A DNA stretch of 64,000 bases from Leucoraja ocellata (Eukaryota): positions 4,650,001 through 4,714,000 of the forward strand of contig JAWMAR010000185.1 of NCBI GenBank assembly GCA_036785375.1, given 5' to 3'. The stretch's first letter is position 1. Each line of letters starts with the position of its first letter. This document shows positions 12,769 through 25,466 of the stretch, piece by piece. Under the pieces are notes generated by a model. That model was not told the origin of the DNA. It made no database searches and saw nothing but the letters and a program-made list of their open reading frames with translations. A program made the translations under genes and the position numbers.

Positions 12769-13611
12769 ACATATTTGTGTGCTTTATTCTTTTATTTCTG
12801 TACTGGATGTAATGGCAAACAATGTTGGGGAAAAATCTAGGCCCCCAAATAACAACTGTCTCTTTGGCCGTAGGGTAAACGAAGAAACAATAAGGGCAAG
12901 TTACAAAGGTAGCGCCTTAATCCTGGGCAAGTGTACTTTTATGGCTTGACCAAATGCATTGAGCAGAAGTTTGCAAGATGACTTGATGAAATCCATTCAA
13001 GATAGTTTCACAGACCAAGCAGCGACAAGTCAATTTTAGCTCTTGTGATGTGACAGGATTAATTTATAATCTGAAAGTTTATTTTGAGTTACTGTGACCA
13101 TAATGTTAAATACTGCAGATGCAGGAAATCTGAACATAACTGCAGGAGGGGGAAAGATTTAACGTTTCAGGTCATTGACCATTCATTGGATGAGAAATCG
13201 TTGACCTGAAGTGCATTAAGTGCTTTTGTTCCATAGATTTCTTAACCTGAATGGTGACAATAACATTAAATAAATGCTGGTTAAGCAGCAACTTCATGCA
13301 GGGAGCTTATTTGGAACTGGAAACTAATTTCGTGCTTGGAGAATATGGAACCAATGTGCAAAAGTCCACTTTAACTTGAAGTTTTTTTTTCCCATAACTC
13401 CCAATCACTTGTATCCAGTCAAATTTGGACGATGATCATAATTTGAATATAGCATGCCAAAAAATAAAAACCTTAACTTGATTGTGCGTTTTAAAAAAAA
13501 AAAGCTGACTCTTTATGCAAGCCATTGCTGAAACATTGAACATAATTTATTTGAGGAATTATCCTCAGTTTTGTCCAATTGTTTCCTATATAAAGGTGAT
13601 CCATTTATTTT

Positions 13612-14290
13612 TTAAAGTCCAGTCTATTCGTCACATACACATGCGAGATGTGCAGTGAAATGAAAAGTGGCAATGCTTGCGGATTGTGCAAAACTACGAA
13701 ACAGAATGGAACAGAATCACATATTCACACATTACATATTTGTGGGAGGCAAAAAAGAAAAAACAGCTATTTTAAAGAGACACAACAATAAATTGGTACA
13801 GTAAAGTTAGTCCCTGGTGAGATAGTAGTTTACAGTCCTAATGGCCTCGGGGAAGAAACTCCTCATCTTCTCCATTTTCATAGCATAGCAACGGAGGCGC
13901 TTGCCTGACCTTAGCAGCTGGAACAGTCCGTTGCTGGGGTGGAAGGGGTCTCCCATGATCTTGTTGGCTCTGGAGTTGCACCTTCTGATGTATAGTTCCT
14001 GCAGTGGGGCGAGTGTAGTTCCCATAGTGCGTTCGGCTGAACCCCAAATTCCAGCAGCTTCTCAGCAAGTCTGGTGGGGACTATCGTGTTGAAGGCTGAA
14101 CTGAAGTCTATGAACAGCATCCCCACATAGCGCCCCCCCCCCCCTTCTGGCTGTCAAGATGAGAGAGAGCGGTGTGCAGAACCTGGGAGTGCATCGTCCG
14201 TGGATCTGTTCGGACGGTATGCGAATTGTAGCGGGTCCTTGTTGCGAGGGAGGAAGGCGCAGATGTGTTTCTTGACCAGCCTCTCAAAGC
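13612..14290 (-). mobile_element. Rex1/Babar-like LINE fragment, internally deleted
   Basis: MLFIDFSSAFNTIVP and C-terminal DPFHPSNGLFQLLRSGKRLR..SFFPEAIR. Confidence 0.8.
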
Positions 14291-14294
14291 AGAG

Positions 14295-15020
14295 GGCAAC
14301 ATGACCTCTCAATTTCTATACTCTGACTGAAGGCCAAAAGTGTTTTTGATTACCCTATCTACCTGTGATGCCACTTTCAACAAACTATGTACCTGTACTC
14401 CTAGATCCCTCTGCTTTACAACACTCTCCAAAGCTCTACCATTCACTGTGTAGGTTCTACCCATGTTAGTTCTCACAAAATGCCACACCTCGCATCTCTC
14501 TGTATTAAATTCCAACAACCATACCCAACCTACCCAACCGATCAAGATCCTGCTGCAACTTTTGACAACCATCTTCACTATTTACAATGCTACTTACTTC
14601 AGTGTAATTTGCAAACATGCTCACCATGCCATGTACGTTCTCATCCAAATCATTGATAAAGATGATAAACAGCTATGGGCCCAGCACCGAACCCTGGAGC
14701 ACACCACTAATCATGGGCTTCCAGTCTGAGAAACAATCTTCCATCATCACACTGTGCTTCCTTCCATGAAGCCAATTTTCTATCCATTCAGCTATCTCTC
14801 CTTGAATCCCTTCCAGAGCAGCCCTACCACACAGAAACTTGTTGAATCCATGTATACAATGTCTACAGCTCTGCCTTCGTCGACCTTTTTGGTCACATCT
14901 TCAAAAAAACTCCTCAGATTTGCGAGCCAGGACTTCCCAAGTACAAAACCATGTTGACTATCCCTAATCAGCCCTTGTTCTTCGAAATGCATGTATGTTC
15001 CAGCCCTCAGAATACTCTCT
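14295..15020 (-). mobile_element. CR1 LINE RT fragment
   Basis: LIRDSQHGFVLGKS.L.NL..FFE.VT..VDEG.AVDIVYMD and FNTERCEV.HF..RDLGV. Confidence 0.85.
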
Positions 15021-15039
15021 AGTAACGTTCTATTCTTTC

Positions 15040-15760
15040 GTAACCAATGTGCAATACCATCATTGTTGTCTCCATAATATCCTCCCCAATCATTGGAAGA
15101 ATAAACATCAATGTTGCCCTCTCAACATCCCTGATATTGAGGCCTGAGTACTTGCAGTCCATGATATGGGGAAAGTTAGTTTTGTGGTCCAAAAATCCAA
15201 ATAAGCGGACCAGAAAAAGCACTCTGTTGTGGTTCACATTCAATAGCATCTGCTCTGTCACATGACATCAGTGCCAAGTGTGTAACAGTTAAATGGCATG
15301 TCACGACAACATTGTTTCAAACTGTGATAATAAACATGGATAGCCATGTCATTCCCAAAGTGTGCACATTATTCCGAGCTCTCTTATGGGAGGAGATTAC
15401 CCCAAGGTGGATTGGGAAAAATAGATCTGAAGACATTCTCCAAATTTACTTGATAATGTGCAATGCCATCACTAATTCTGAGGAGCCTTTGGTCCAGAAC
15501 TGCTCAAAACGGAGCAGGAGCATTTCATTTGGTATTGAGAACCTTGGTCATGTGTTGAGAGCGCAGGGAAACCACACATAGGTGACAGAAGGTGTGCACC
15601 ACTACACAAACTATTCATCTGTGTGGCCTGACATCCACCAGCGAAAGAGTGCAGTTTCCACATCGGACTCGGTAGCTACCTCAGAATCCTCAAAACTGCA
15701 CTGGAACAGGTTGCTCTCTGTGCTGAGGGACTGCCTAAGGAAAAAAAAAACAATGTATAG
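15040..15760 (+). mobile_element. Very degenerate Tx1-like LINE fragment
   Basis: Scattered similarity by eye to the 3' half of the element at 37299-39520 (e.g. aatgttgccctc, ttggtccagaactgctca, tgctgagggactg). Confidence 0.4.
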
Positions 15761-16730
15761 AATGATTACTCTTTGTCGTGACTAGTGCAGGTTTTGCACT
15801 GGGAGGTGGGGGGGCTTCATAAATATATCCAAAAGCTTCGAAAATATTTCTAGTTTAAGCCACTGAGTGTACTCGACTAATGATAGATTTTATAGAGGAC
15901 AGCAGAGCCATGTAGTTTAATGCCTGCTTTGAGATCAAAAGTAGCAATACATCTGGCACAAACTTGGCCTCATTGCTCACTCGTTTCCTGCTGTGAATTC
16001 ATTTATGTCATTGTGCTTTCAGTTGCACGTGACAGTCCTTGTTAATGGCCCGAAGCAGCTTTCCGTAAAGGGGGCCCTTCAGTTACCAGGGGCTCACTGT
16101 TTTGTTAGGGCAGGATGCTATTCATAGCAAACTTTCACTTGAGTGCAAATTGTTTTCATAAGGGGAAGTTGGATTTTATTTTTCCGCAGTGAGTTTGTAA
16201 GGGCAACTTTTGTATAAAGAGTTCAATACTTGATCCATGCCAAAATGAGCAAACCTTCTTTGTTTTGGAATCTGTGTAGATTATTCTAAAAGTCTGGACA
16301 ATGAAACCCTTAGAAGTAAATCTCAATAGGTTTGTGTATTCTTTTTTGCTATGGATTATGGTTCTCATTTAAGTGTTCTGTAAATTTAATGAAAGCAAAT
16401 ACAGATACATGATAAAATGGAGTATGATTTAGTGAAAATGGGAAACTTTAATATTTGATCCAGTATTATGAAACTACAAGCTTACTAGTTTTAGAACTCA
16501 TTTGATACACTATTCCCAGAACACCTGCTTAATTAGCCCAAAGTAAAAAATATTTTTTTTAAATTTAAAGTCAGTTCATACATTCTGCAAAATCATTCAT
16601 TGGATAATAGCATTCCTTGTTCTAGTGGCAATGGGGTTAACCTCAGCTGGACAGAAGGAATTTAAATTGACTTTTAAGTTGTTCGTCAGGTGCTTTATAT
16701 TCCAATCCACCACCTTTATAAAACTACTTG

Positions 16731-16990
16731 GTTTAGTTTCAGTTTTCGTTTATTGTCAAGTGTAATGCAGCACAAGGAAAAGCCTTTGTTGCGTGCTAAC
16801 CAGACAGCAGAAAGACAATACATGATTACAATCAAGCCATTCACAGTGTACAGATACATAAGCGAATAACGTTTAGTGTCAGGTAAAACCAGTAAAGTCC
16901 GATTAAAGATAGTCCGAGGGTCCCCAGTGAGGTAGATAGTAGTTCGGGACTGCTCTCTAGTTGCGGTGGGATAGTTCAGTTGCCTGCTTC
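16731..16990 (-). mobile_element. LINE 3' tail fragment (Rex1/L2-like)
   Basis: tttattgtca..gtga/aaaagc(t)tttgttgcgtgctaaccag motif, also seen at about 26590, 33590-33780 (+) and 40765. Confidence 0.6.
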
Positions 16991-17499
16991 GGGTGTTGGG
17001 AGTCGGAGAATCGACAGATCTGAGGGGAGATGAAGAAGATCATAGTTAAAGTAAGAAATGTTGCTGCAGGAACAGAGAATTAAGTTGGAGTGGAGTGATC
17101 TGTGATTGCAGATCTGCTTCTGTGACTAGCACACACATAGTCGCCAGGGTTGTGCGACATCTTGTTCTACCAATCATCAGTGTCTTTCATATATTTTACT
17201 TTGGTTGTATTGTTATCTGAATCTATATCAACTTCTATGTGCTTTCATTAGTTGAACTGCAGACCTTTTTGTGCACTAGAATCATGGTTATGAAGTTAGA
17301 GCATTAAGTTATGTGTTTACAGGCCTGTTAAGCTGCTGCAAGTAAGAATTTCAATGTTCCGTTATCAGTGCATAAGACAATTAAACACTTGACTCTTAGT
17401 GTTTGTCATAAAGAATGGAATTTAATGTGCATGAGAGTAATTACAGCAGAAGTTCAACTTAAACTAATGTGGAAGAATGAATCATTTGCTGTTTGGACT

Positions 17500-17756
17500 T
17501 TTAGATTTTAGTGATACATCGTGGAAATGTACCCTTTGGCCCACCATGTCCATGCCAACCAGCGATCCACTGTATACCTGCACTATCCTATACTACAATT
17601 TGCAGAAGCCAATTAACTTACAAACCTGTATGTCTTTGTAATGTGGCAGAATCTGTAACATCCAGAGTAAACCCATAGTCACAGGAAGAACGTAAAACTC
17701 CGAACAGACAAACCCGGGTCTCTGATGCGGTAAAGCTGCTACTCTACCGCTGTGCC
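17500..17756 (-). mobile_element. tRNA-derived SINE with CR1-like tail
   Basis: A-box-like head (GGCACAGCGGTAGAGT on -) and shared core. Related copies at about 5905-6030, 19360-19600, 23140-23315, 23470-23600, 42675-43170 and 56510-56660. Confidence 0.7.
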
Positions 17757-19609
17757 GAATGTGTTGGATGAGTTGAGAAAATGATAAGGTTAAGGATTGG
17801 TCATTTAAGACTGAATTATGTTAGAAAGTGTGGTGAATTTCAGGGGTTATTTTAACCCAGGTCATTGGGGCTCAGGGTTTAAAAAAAAAAATGTATAATC
17901 TTATAAGATCATTGAATTGAGAGCCATGAGGAACAGGCACAGCTCCTCAACAGGGGAGCTGGCCGCTGGAGGCCCATGTAACAGTTGGGAGCTCGGCTAA
18001 ATCAGGTGCTGCTCCAAGATGCTGAGAGCATGGACCGCATGCAGCCTACAGCAGTGGAGTGGCTGAGGACACCAAATTCTACGATTATCCAATTCGACCC
18101 CAAAACGTCGCTAGGACAACGAGCTTTCATGGTCATGTCAAGAACCCTGCAATTTAAAGCTGAGGCTTGAAAATGGTACCAAAACTGGCGATTCTGTGTA
18201 GTGTTTCAGTGCACTATTGCCATACACTGATACTGTATCTAAGATGCTTATCTAAGATGTATTAAGAAGTTACAGTGATACTTGTACTGAACTGTATACA
18301 AAAATGAATTTTGCTGTACCTTGTTACATTTGGCAATGAAATGGCATCTGCTCCATAATTATGGTCCTGGTTGGCAGGAAATCCACCTGGTGATTTGAAA
18401 GCCTTCAGAAAAACATTGGAACATTTTGTAATACTCCTCCGAAAGAAATAATGACATGCTTTACAACTGAAAATCCTTATTTCTCCTCCATGGCCCAAGT
18501 AAATATTAGGACTGGTGGCTTTTATTTCGACCTTTTTCCCCCTAAATCTTTTATTTCCCCTTTCATTAAACTAACATTCTTTTTGTCTTTACATCAATGT
18601 AAGCAATAAAAATTACCCAAAGCATTCCAGGAGCCCTGGAAATCTTGTAGCAAAATGTAAAGAAAAATTCAAGGTTTGATTACACCATTTTCTTCTAGCC
18701 TTTGTGCACGGGGTGTTCACAAAGACAAAGTCTTTTACATGGATTAGAAATCTGCAGAGATGAGAAAAGGGGTGGAATGAAGCAAAACTTCCATAAATTC
18801 CTAGAAGGCTTGTCACAAGATTTGACTTGGCATGGCAGTTAGGAGCATTTCCAAGAAAGATTCCTTTTGGCTATATAGACTTTTAATTGAAGCAGATAGC
18901 ATGAACATGAATAATTGTTTTAAACTGTACCAGACAAATTAATCTGTCTGTAAACTACTAAATTATTAATGACTTGAATGTTCAAGTAATATATTGGAAA
19001 AATGAACCAACTAAAGTCATGTAGGTAATTTGAGACATTTGTGTTGATATCTGAATATTTCAAAAGGGCCTTGGATTATATTCACCATCATAGAGGTGAA
19101 AGTGTTGGAGCTATTCAAAACACAATTTGTAGCTTGCAGGGTGAACTCGGGGAAGAATAACATTTGTCATTCCATATTTAACTTGTTATTTAAGGGAATG
19201 ATTGTTATTTTTCCTCATTGAATTTGAAATACAGGAAGTCTGTTTCTGCTGTTTCAATATTTTTCCTGCTCTCAAGCTCTTCCTGGAATCATTAACCTCT
19301 TGTTGGTTTCATATCCATGCAGGAACCCTTGCAGCTTTCCAGAAACTGCAAGTAATCACCGAGTGGCAGTGGTACAGGTTCAATCCCGATCTCTAGTGCT
19401 GTCTGTGTGGAGTGTGCATGTTCTCCCATTGACTGTGTGGGTTTTGTCCATACTCCTGTTTACTTCCACATCCCAAAGCCATACATGTATGTAGGCCAAT
19501 TGGGCATTGTAAATTGCCCCTAATATGTAGATGGGTGTTAGAATCTGGGTAATTGTGGTAGGATTAGTATACATGAGTGTGTGACGGTCAGCACAGCCTC
19601 CTTAGCAGC

Positions 19610-20226
19610 ATTGAACTATAGAGGAATCTTGGATTCCAAATCCTTAACTCTTCTGAAAGTGGCAACACAAGTAGATAAAGTAGTAAACCAATCATATGGT
19701 GTGCTTGCTTTCATTGGCTGGGGCACTGACTAGACCAGATAATTTGCAGTTTTTTACGACTTAGGCCACTTTTGAAATATATTCCATGCAGTTTTGATCC
19801 AATACAGAAAGGATGTGGAGGCTTTGGAGAGGGTGCAGTGGAGGTTTAATGCAACAATGCCTGGTTTAGTGGGTATTATCTACAAGGAGAGATTGGGCAG
19901 ACTTTTTTTCTGGCATGGTAGATTGAGGGCAGACCTGATAGAAATGTATAATATTGTGAGGGAGCATAGTGTAGACACTCAGAACCTTTTTTGTAGGGTG
20001 GATGACTAAAGGCGAGATGTGTGAAACTTTTTACACAGAGGGTGGTGAGTGACTGGAATGCACTGCTAGAGGTGGCGGTGGAGAAGGATGCGATAGTGGC
20101 ATTTAGAGACTTTGTATAAGCACGTGGATTGTGCTTGGGCAGATAAGAGTTGGTCTTGACATTGTGTTTGGCACAGACATTGTGGGCCAATAATCCTGTT
20201 CCTGTGCTGTATTGTTCTAGGTTCTA
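19610..20226 (+). mobile_element. Old CR1 LINE 3' fragment
   Basis: YRKDVEALERVQ.RF..MPGL..I.Y.ERL.RL..RLRADLIE.Y.I and a 3'UTR. Confidence 0.75.
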
Positions 20227-20852
20227 ATGAATGCAGATTATGCTGGAATATTTTAAATATGTTTTGTGTCACCTACTTTGCTGCTATATATCCAATACAA
20301 CTCTCATGTCATCGAATTCTGCAGCATAGGAATAGGCTCTTCGGCTTACTGCATCCATGCTGATCTTTTTGCCTGCCTATGCTAATCCATTTGTGAGCAT
20401 TATAGGATTGTGTACTTCTGTGCCTTGCTATTTGCATACCTGTCTGGAAGTTGTGTAAACATTGTGGTTGTATCTAATTCCTGCATTTCCTCAGTGTTGG
20501 AAGAGGATGTTCCAGATGTCAACCAGTGGGAGCTTGTGAGCATATAGAAATAAAATCCTTTTTCAAAACTCCTTCCTTTCATCTTTAATCCAAGCTCTCC
20601 AGTTTTTGATACCTGCACCTTTTGGGAGGGTGGAATTCTGTCTACCTTGCCTATGCCTCTAATAATTTTATATACCTCCTATCAGGTAATCAATTAGCAT
20701 CCATCGCTTCATGGAAAACAGACCCAGCCAATCCAATCTCTCCTCATAACTAATGTCCTCCGATCCAGACAATATCCTAGTTAAATCCCTGCACTCTAGT
20801 GTCACCATGTCTTTTCTACATTGTGGGGACCAGAACTGCACACAGTACTCGA

Positions 20853-21075
20853 TGTGTAGGAAGGAACTGCAGATGCTGGTTTACATCGAAGATGGACACA
20901 AAGTGCTGGAGTAACTCAGCGGGGTCAGGCAGCATCTCTGGAGAAAAAGAATAGGTGACGATTCTGATCAAGACCATTCAATCTGAAGGAGGATCTCGAC
21001 CCAAAACGTCACCAATTCCTTTTTCTCCAGAGATGCTGCTTGACCCACTGATTTATTCCAGCATTTTGTGTCTAA
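20853..21075. repeat. Inverted pair of Penelope-like terminal fragments (about 220-bp foldback) inside an old minus-strand CR1 (20320-21330)
   Basis: gacacaaagtgctggagtaactcagcggggtcaggcagcatctctggaga is mirrored by tctccagagatgctgcttgacccactgatttattccagcattttgtgtc. Confidence 0.7.
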
Positions 21076-21330
21076 CGTCACAATATTCACTGTTTGATTC
21101 ACAAGTGCTTTCAGCAGTTGCACATAACCTCTCAAAGTTCATATTATATTCATGTGAAGGCGGGCATCTCATTGGCTGCCTTCTCCATCCTATCAAACTT
21201 GTATTGCTACCTTTGGGGAAACTATGAACCTGAAGGTCCCTCTCATTATCCTTTATTATACATGTGGCATTTCCTGTACCTACAACTGCCCCATGGATAA
21301 TTGGGTCCATAGAGTACTTCATATTCCCCC

Positions 21331-22573
21331 CTCAAAAGCTGCCTACCCCCCACACTGGATCCCTATCAGTTTGCCTACCGCAAGAACAGGAGTACGGAGG
21401 ATGCCATCTCAACAGCACTTCACTCCGCCCTCTCCCACCTCGACAACAGAGACACTTACGTAAGAATGCTGTTCATCGATTACAGCTCGGCATTCAACAC
21501 CATTATACCATCAAAACTGATCACCAAACTCGGTAACCTGGGCATCGACCCCTCCCTCTGCAACTGGATACTGGACTTTCTAACCAACAGACCCCAGTCT
21601 GTGAGGTTAGACAAGCACACCTCTTCAACCCTCACCCTGAACACTGGCGTTCCACAGGGCTGTGTGCTGAGCCCCCTCCTCTACTCCCTCTTCACCTATG
21701 ACTGCACACCTGTACATGGTACTAACACCATCATCAAGTATGCAGATGATACAACGGTGATTGGCCTCATCAGCAACAACGATGAGCTGGCCTACAGGGA
21801 GGAGGTCCAGCACTTAGCAGCATTGTGCGCTGACAACAACCTGGCCCTTAACTCCAAGAAGACCAAGGAGCTCATTGTAGACTTCAGGAAGTCCAGAGGC
21901 GGCACGCACACCCCCATCCACATTAACGGGATGGAGGTGGAACGTGTTTCTAGCTTCAGGTTCCTGGGAGTCAACATCTCCGATGACCTCTCTTGGACCC
22001 ACAATACCTCTACTCTGATCAAGAAGGCTCATCAGCGTCTCTTCTTCCTGAGGAGACTGAAGAAGGTCCATCTGTCTCCTCAGATCCTGGTGAACTTCTA
22101 CCGCTGCACCATCGAGAGCATCCTTACCAACTGCATCACAGTATGGTATGGCAACTGCTCTGTCTCCGACCGGAAGGCATTGCAGAGGGTGGTGAAAATT
22201 GCCCAACGCATCACCGGTTCCTCGCTCCCCTCCATTGAGTCTGTCCAAAGCAAGCGCTGTCTGCGGAGGGCGCTCAGCATCGCCAAGGACTGCTCTCACC
22301 CCAATCATGGACTGTTTACCCTCCTACCATCCGGGAGGCGCTACAGGTCTCTCCGTTGCCGAACCAGCAGGTCGAGGAACAGCTTCTTCCCGGCGGCTGT
22401 CACTCTACTCAACAACGTACCTCGGTGACTGCCAATCACCCCCCCCACTTATTATTATTTATTCAAATCATTTGCTATGTCGCTCTTCCAGGGAGATGCT
22501 AAATGCATTTTGTTGTCTCTGTACTGTACACTGACAATGACAATTAAAATTGAATCTGAATCTGAATCTGAAT
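21331..22573 (+). mobile_element. Young 5'-truncated Rex1/Babar-like LINE
   Basis: Uninterrupted frame 21331-22428 ([62 protein letters not shown]), CpG-rich, with a (TGAATC)n tail. Confidence 0.92.
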
Positions 22574-22645
22574 ATTGTTTCACTGTTTGATAGTTTCATA
22601 ACTTCCTTGCAAAGTAAAGAATTGGTGATAATCTTCCAATGTTCT

Positions 22646-24478
22646 CAGGGCTCTCACTTAACTTTTTTTCTCTGTTTCCAGCTGGGCAACCAAGGCAGCT
22701 TTTAGGTTGCCAAATGACAGGTTAGGTAGTCATTTAAGACGGCTTGCAAGACGTGTGCGATTATGTGCTCGGACGAAGTGCGTAGTTACCATTCGAAATT
22801 ATGCTCAATGAAGCATTCACATATTATTTCTGCTTCAAATAAAGTCACAAACTAAAGATATTCACCAATCAAGACATGATATATCCCACAATGACATGCA
22901 GCAAAATTATCATACAGTATATACAGTATCTCAACCCTTTTTACACATTGCAATGAATGCAATTTATATTATTTCTTTCCACTTCCAAACAAAAATGTAG
23001 TTGGATTATCCAGCGTATGATCAACCTTAGTGAGACCAAGTGCAGGCATAGTTTGCAATAACCAACCTGATCTCCTGGTGGCTCAGCACTTCAACTCCCC
23101 CTCCCATTCCAAATCCGACTTTTCTGTCCTGGGCCGCAATTGGGGGCAATTTTACAGAGACAAGTTAACCTACAAAGCCAATGCGTCTTTGGGATGTGGG
23201 AGCAAACCCACACACTTGCAGGGAGAATGTGCAAATTCAACACAGACAGTGCCTGAGAACAGGATCGAACACAGATCTCTGGCGTGTGAGGCAGCAAGTC
23301 CACCAGCTGTGCCACTATATTTTGTTTTCCAACACACAAAAAATTATACGTTGATAACCTTGGTTACTAAAAAAAAAAAAAAGAAACTATACATTTTCAG
23401 TCTTAAATCTCTTAAGTGATGCTATGTTCCCCTTTACAGTTACTGTATGTTTTAATTCAGTTCAAGGCTATTGGGGCAGTACATTGGCCATAAATTTGCT
23501 GCCTAAAATTGCCAGAGACCTGGAATTGATCCTGAATATGGATGCTGTCTGTATGGAGTTTGCTCCTTTTCCCTTTGATCGCATGGGTTTTCTCCGGGTG
23601 ATTCTGGATTATTCAGCATATGATCAACCTCAGTGAGACCAAGCGCAGGCTTGGCGATCGCTTCGCACAACACCTCCGCTTANNNNNNNNNNNNNNNNNN
23701 NNNNNNNNNNNNNNNNNNNNNNNNNNNNNNNNNNNNNNNNNNNNNNNNNNNNNNNNNNNNNNNNNNNNNNNNNNNNNNNNNNNNNNNNNNNNNNNNNNNN
23801 NNNNNNNNNNNNNNNNNNNNNNNNNNNNNNNNNNNNNNNNNNNNNNNNNNNNNNNNNNNNNNNNNNNNGATAAAGTGCAATAGGCTGTTATTGTTCAGGG
23901 TTTGGAGGTTGGTGATGGTGGGTCCACCTCCAGATTAAATTCCATTTGGAATATTTTTGGAGGACCGGGAAACCAAGAAGCAAGAGTTACTACAGGGAGT
24001 TACTCCCGCTCCAGGGAGTGATTCTGCGTTGGTTTTCAGCGGTCGCGGCGAGGCGGTGGCCAGGCAGCAATGGCGGCTAGATCTCCCGCAATGCAAAGGG
24101 AGGGAGAAAGTGCCCGGCGCCGACCAGTTGCCGTGGCAGTGCGCATGTGCAGGGTGGCCGATGATGTGCTGGCCGTGGTTGTGTGCATGTGCAGGGGGAG
24201 GATGTGTAGGCCGTGGCAGTGCGCATGTGAACGGCGGCCGGCCGTGCCGGCGGATGAGGAGCGGGTGGAGAGCGGAGAACTGGCTTCCCGGACACGGTTA
24301 CGGATGGCGGGCAGAGACGGAGAGTGACAGAGAGAGACAGAGTGGGGAGCCCGCTCAGAGTTCAACGATAGGTGTCCCGGGTGCTTGCCAAGCCAAGCAA
24401 AATGGCACGGCTTTTAGGTTGTCCGGCGGGACTTTAGATGGCCAATGGCACCCGGGCAACCATTAATTTCGACCCCTG
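22646..24478. mobile_element. Non-autonomous hAT-like DNA transposon with 5-bp TSD, spanning an assembly gap
   Basis: Termini CAGGGCTCTCACTTAA and TTAATTTCGACCCCTG. GTTCT is duplicated at 22641-45 and 24479-83. It interrupts a CR1 that reads continuously across the element. Subterminal GGGCAACC and TTTTAGGTTG motifs occur at both ends. Confidence 0.75.
23683..23868. other. Assembly gap (186 N)
   Basis: Run of N. Confidence 1.
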
Positions 24479-24483
24479 GTTCT

Positions 24484-24740
24484 ATAGATTCAGGATCAGT
24501 TCCAGTGGATTGGAGGGTAGCTAATGTTATCCCACTTTTTAAGAGGGTGGGAGAGAGAAAACTGGGAATTGGATACTTTCAAGAGAGAGCTAGATGGGGC
24601 TCTTAAAGTTAGCGGAGTCGGGATATGGGGAGAAGGCAGGAATGGGGTACTGATTGGGGATGGTCAGCCATGATCACATTGCATGGCAGTGCTGGCTCGA
24701 AGGGCTGAATAGCCTACTCCTGCACATATTGTCTATTGTA
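24484..24740 (+). mobile_element. Internally deleted CR1 (left stub at 22621-22645)
   Basis: VPVDWRVANVIPLFK joined directly to a CR1 3'UTR ending attgtctattg. Confidence 0.75.
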
Positions 24741-25466
24741 CCTAATACAAATCTGTAATTTTATTAATTCATTCGGTTTATTAATTGATCACTCTACCGT
24801 GAGGCAAAACCCATACAAATCTGCCAGTGGATGTGCTTGTTGAAATGGTTGTTCCCGCCTGCAGATTGTGGTGCAGCCTTCTGCTTGGCAGTGCATGTTG
24901 GCCATGCACACCTGTGCTGTGCAGGTGGACTAGAGTCCAACAGGACAGCGTGACTTTGTGCAGCTCGCCAACTCTGAACCTGTGCCAGATTAACTTGCAC
25001 AGTTATAGCAGGTCCACTGAAATGAATGGGAGAAAGTTATTTGTCCACAAAATCGAAGTTTCTACCTGATTTAGTTTTAATGTTTTAATAATTTTGTATG
25101 TGTGTGTATTGCCTTTTGACGGGCCCTGGGTGATTTTAAATATCCTTAACATTTACAGGCATTGGGTGACTATGAAGGTGGGTGAACTTGGAATCTGAAA
25201 GAAAAAGGAGGGTGGGAAACAAAAATAGCCAGTGCAGATATAAACAGAAAGAAAAAAAGTTATTGAAAGTTGGAGACGTTGATTTTGAGCTCCAGAAGCT
25301 GCAGTGTGCTGAGAGAAACTACACAGTGGTGTTCCTCGAGCTTGTGTTGAGCCTAATATTATTTACCCTTCACTGTTTCGGCTAAACAGTGTAATATCTC
25401 TGTATTGTACTGTTTCAAAATGTGGTTTCCACTTAAATAGCTGGAATTCAATTCAACTGTCAACTG

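Noticed and set aside
23620-23938. ORFs crossing the N run
   Set aside because: Artefacts of translating the assembly gap.
23957-24466. 169-aa ORF, plus other GC-rich ORFs at 50008-50896 and 55676-56059
   Set aside because: Low-complexity, stop-poor frames on both strands inside non-autonomous transposons, with no recognisable domain.
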